The notes beneath the pieces are model-generated. The model was given only the letters and a program-made list of their open reading frames with translations. It was not told the DNA's origin and did no database searches. A stretch of DNA of 64,000 bases from Orbicella franksi (taxonomy: Eukaryota): the NCBI GenBank assembly GCA_964199315.1, contig OZ116701.1:22072001-22136000 (forward strand), read 5' to 3'. Position numbers and translations under genes: made by a program. Numbering within the stretch: position 1 is the stretch's first letter; every line of letters begins with the position of its first letter. Of this stretch, positions 62,060 to 64,000 are shown in pieces.

Positions 62060-63620
62060 CATAAACATACTATGTGCCAATTACTCCTGAGAGGCATCAA
62101 CTTCCCAAAATTGATGAGGTTTGGGGGATATTGAAGAAGGCAGTGTGCTCAGCAAATTAGATCTGAAGTGGGGTTACCATCAAATTGAGCTTGGTGAAGA
62201 GTCACATGGCAGAGCAACCTATATAACACACAAGGATACGTTTAGATGCAAGTGGTTGATGTTTGGCATCACATCTCTGCCAGGCAAATGTCAACAAATG
62301 TTGCAAGATAGTAGTGAAACAGCAAATATTTCAGAAGACATCGCCATTCATGGTCCTAGTGCAGCTGAGCATGACAAATGACTCCAGAAAGTGTTGACAA
62401 GGTTGAAAGACAGGGGTCGTATCCTTAATATTGAGAAATGTTTACAATTGTCATATGCTGAAGCTCACTTTTACGGGCCTAGTACTGTCAGGTCAAAGCA
62501 TTGGTCAAACTGAAGAAAAAGTCAAACAAATCAATGGGGCTGGTGAACCGCAATGTGTCAAAAAATTGAAACTTTCCTTGGCCTGGTGAACATCAATACA
62601 AAATTCATTTCAGTGGTAGACCCACTTAGGAGATTGTAAAGAAAAGCAAGCCTTTCATCTTTGGTCTAGAACAACGGACAGCCTTTACAGGACTGAAATG
62701 GAGGTTAACTCAGGAAGAGGCTTTGGGTCATTTTGGTCCCAATGTGAAGACAAATATTATTGTTGATGCAAGTCCAATGGGTCTGGGGACAGCCCTTCTA
62801 TAAGATCACAATGGAGAGAACAGCGTAATTAGTCATGCCAAAAGGGGACTTTCTGATGTAAAATGACTGTATTTGAAAAAGTAGAAAGAACTGAACACTG
62901 GGTTCCATGGTTGAAGACTTGTGTATTTTCAGCGGAATATTTGCCTATGCATCTAAACATTACAGATACACTGTGACACCTTGCAAAGATTGAGGAAACA
63001 GAGAAAAGGAATATATAAAGAGTATATCAGAAGAGTATATCAGATTCGTAGCAAACACCTCTGTGCCACAGGCAATGGCTGCTAAAGAAATTGAAAGAGA
63101 GTTTGTGGTTCTTGATGATTTAGAAACCCTACAAGAGTGCATCAGGACTGGAAGTTGGAACAATTCCAACCTGCCAGATTACAAGCAAATCCAAGATGAG
63201 CTTTATTTTTTGGAAATATCGTCCTGTGAAGAACAAGAATAAACCCTGTGTTACCAAGGAAACTTAGAGGAAGAGTGATTCAAATAAGCCATGAAGGACA
63301 TCAAGGGATGGTGAAAAAGAAATGACTCAGAGCAAAGGTTTTGTGGCCTGCTGTTGATAAGGATGAATTTGGGAAAGGCAGGTCACAGGTGCCAAGTTGT
63401 GGGTGAATTATGTAATCCTGAACCTCTTCACATGACTGTGCTGCCTCAAGGGCCCTGAAAGGACATTGTGGTTGATTTAGTGGGCTCATTGCCATCAGGA
63501 GACTGTTTTCTCTGTGACTGACTACTACAGCAGATATGTAGAAATCTTGTTTTACAAGAAGAAACAGAGCAGAGGTGGCCATCAACAACTCATGGATTGC
63601 CACATAAACTGACAATGAAC
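62060..63620 (+). mobile_element. degenerate Ty3/Gypsy pol remnant
   Basis: LSKLDLKWGYHQIEL..LMFGI (RT), VDASPMGLG (RNase H), HEGHQG (integrase zinc finger). Confidence 0.8.
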
Positions 63621-64000
63621 ATGATCCCCATTTTGTGGCAGACACTATTGAAATGTTGTTCTCATACTCACTAATAATTCATCATCACGTCAAGGTGGCT
63701 TACTACAGTTTTGATGGATTATAACAGCCCAACGTCTAACTCTTTTGAAAAATGTTCCAAGATGTTTTTCCTTTCTCTATTTACTGTTTACTTAGGTCTA
63801 ATACCATTCTATGTGAAACTTGAACAATTAAATGTCAACAAATGGCCAAAATGAACAACTGAGTACCTAAGGAGAGACTGGGCACTAGTAGGTTAAATCA
63901 CTTTTTTTCTCAAAATCTACCTGTATGACCCCACCTCACAATTTCACGAATAAGAAATTGGCTCTGATTTAACATTCATGCAAAGCAAAATAAAAATCTG

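Overview
AT-rich eukaryotic animal DNA; the repeat families and the Polinton type suggest a cnidarian, probably a stony coral (inference). 1-20 kb: six phase-consistent GT-AG exons of a minus-strand THADA orthologue, whose introns hold MITE/fold-back elements, Gypsy and Penelope remnants and tRNA-derived repeats. 20-64 kb: no further host exon recognised; almost entirely mobile DNA. It includes a full-length but mutated Mag-like Ty3/Gypsy element (23058-27941, 179-bp LTRs, GTAGG TSD), a Penelope RT/GIY-YIG element, and a deeply nested block. In that block an AcademH-like element (~32625-62059) contains an AcademX-like element (33425-37379) and a hAT transposon (~39863-58080). The hAT is split by a 16.2-kb degenerate Polinton/adintovirus (40711-56932), which in turn carries a Helitron-like fragment with a 2A motif and an OTU domain. 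The most unusual feature is the Polinton end: each 347-bp TIR begins with a 180-nt fold-back hairpin, so the canonical AGTAGT terminus is internal, and the TIR also gives the same N-terminal peptide to two different genes. All coordinates and mismatch counts were read by eye; no searches were run.
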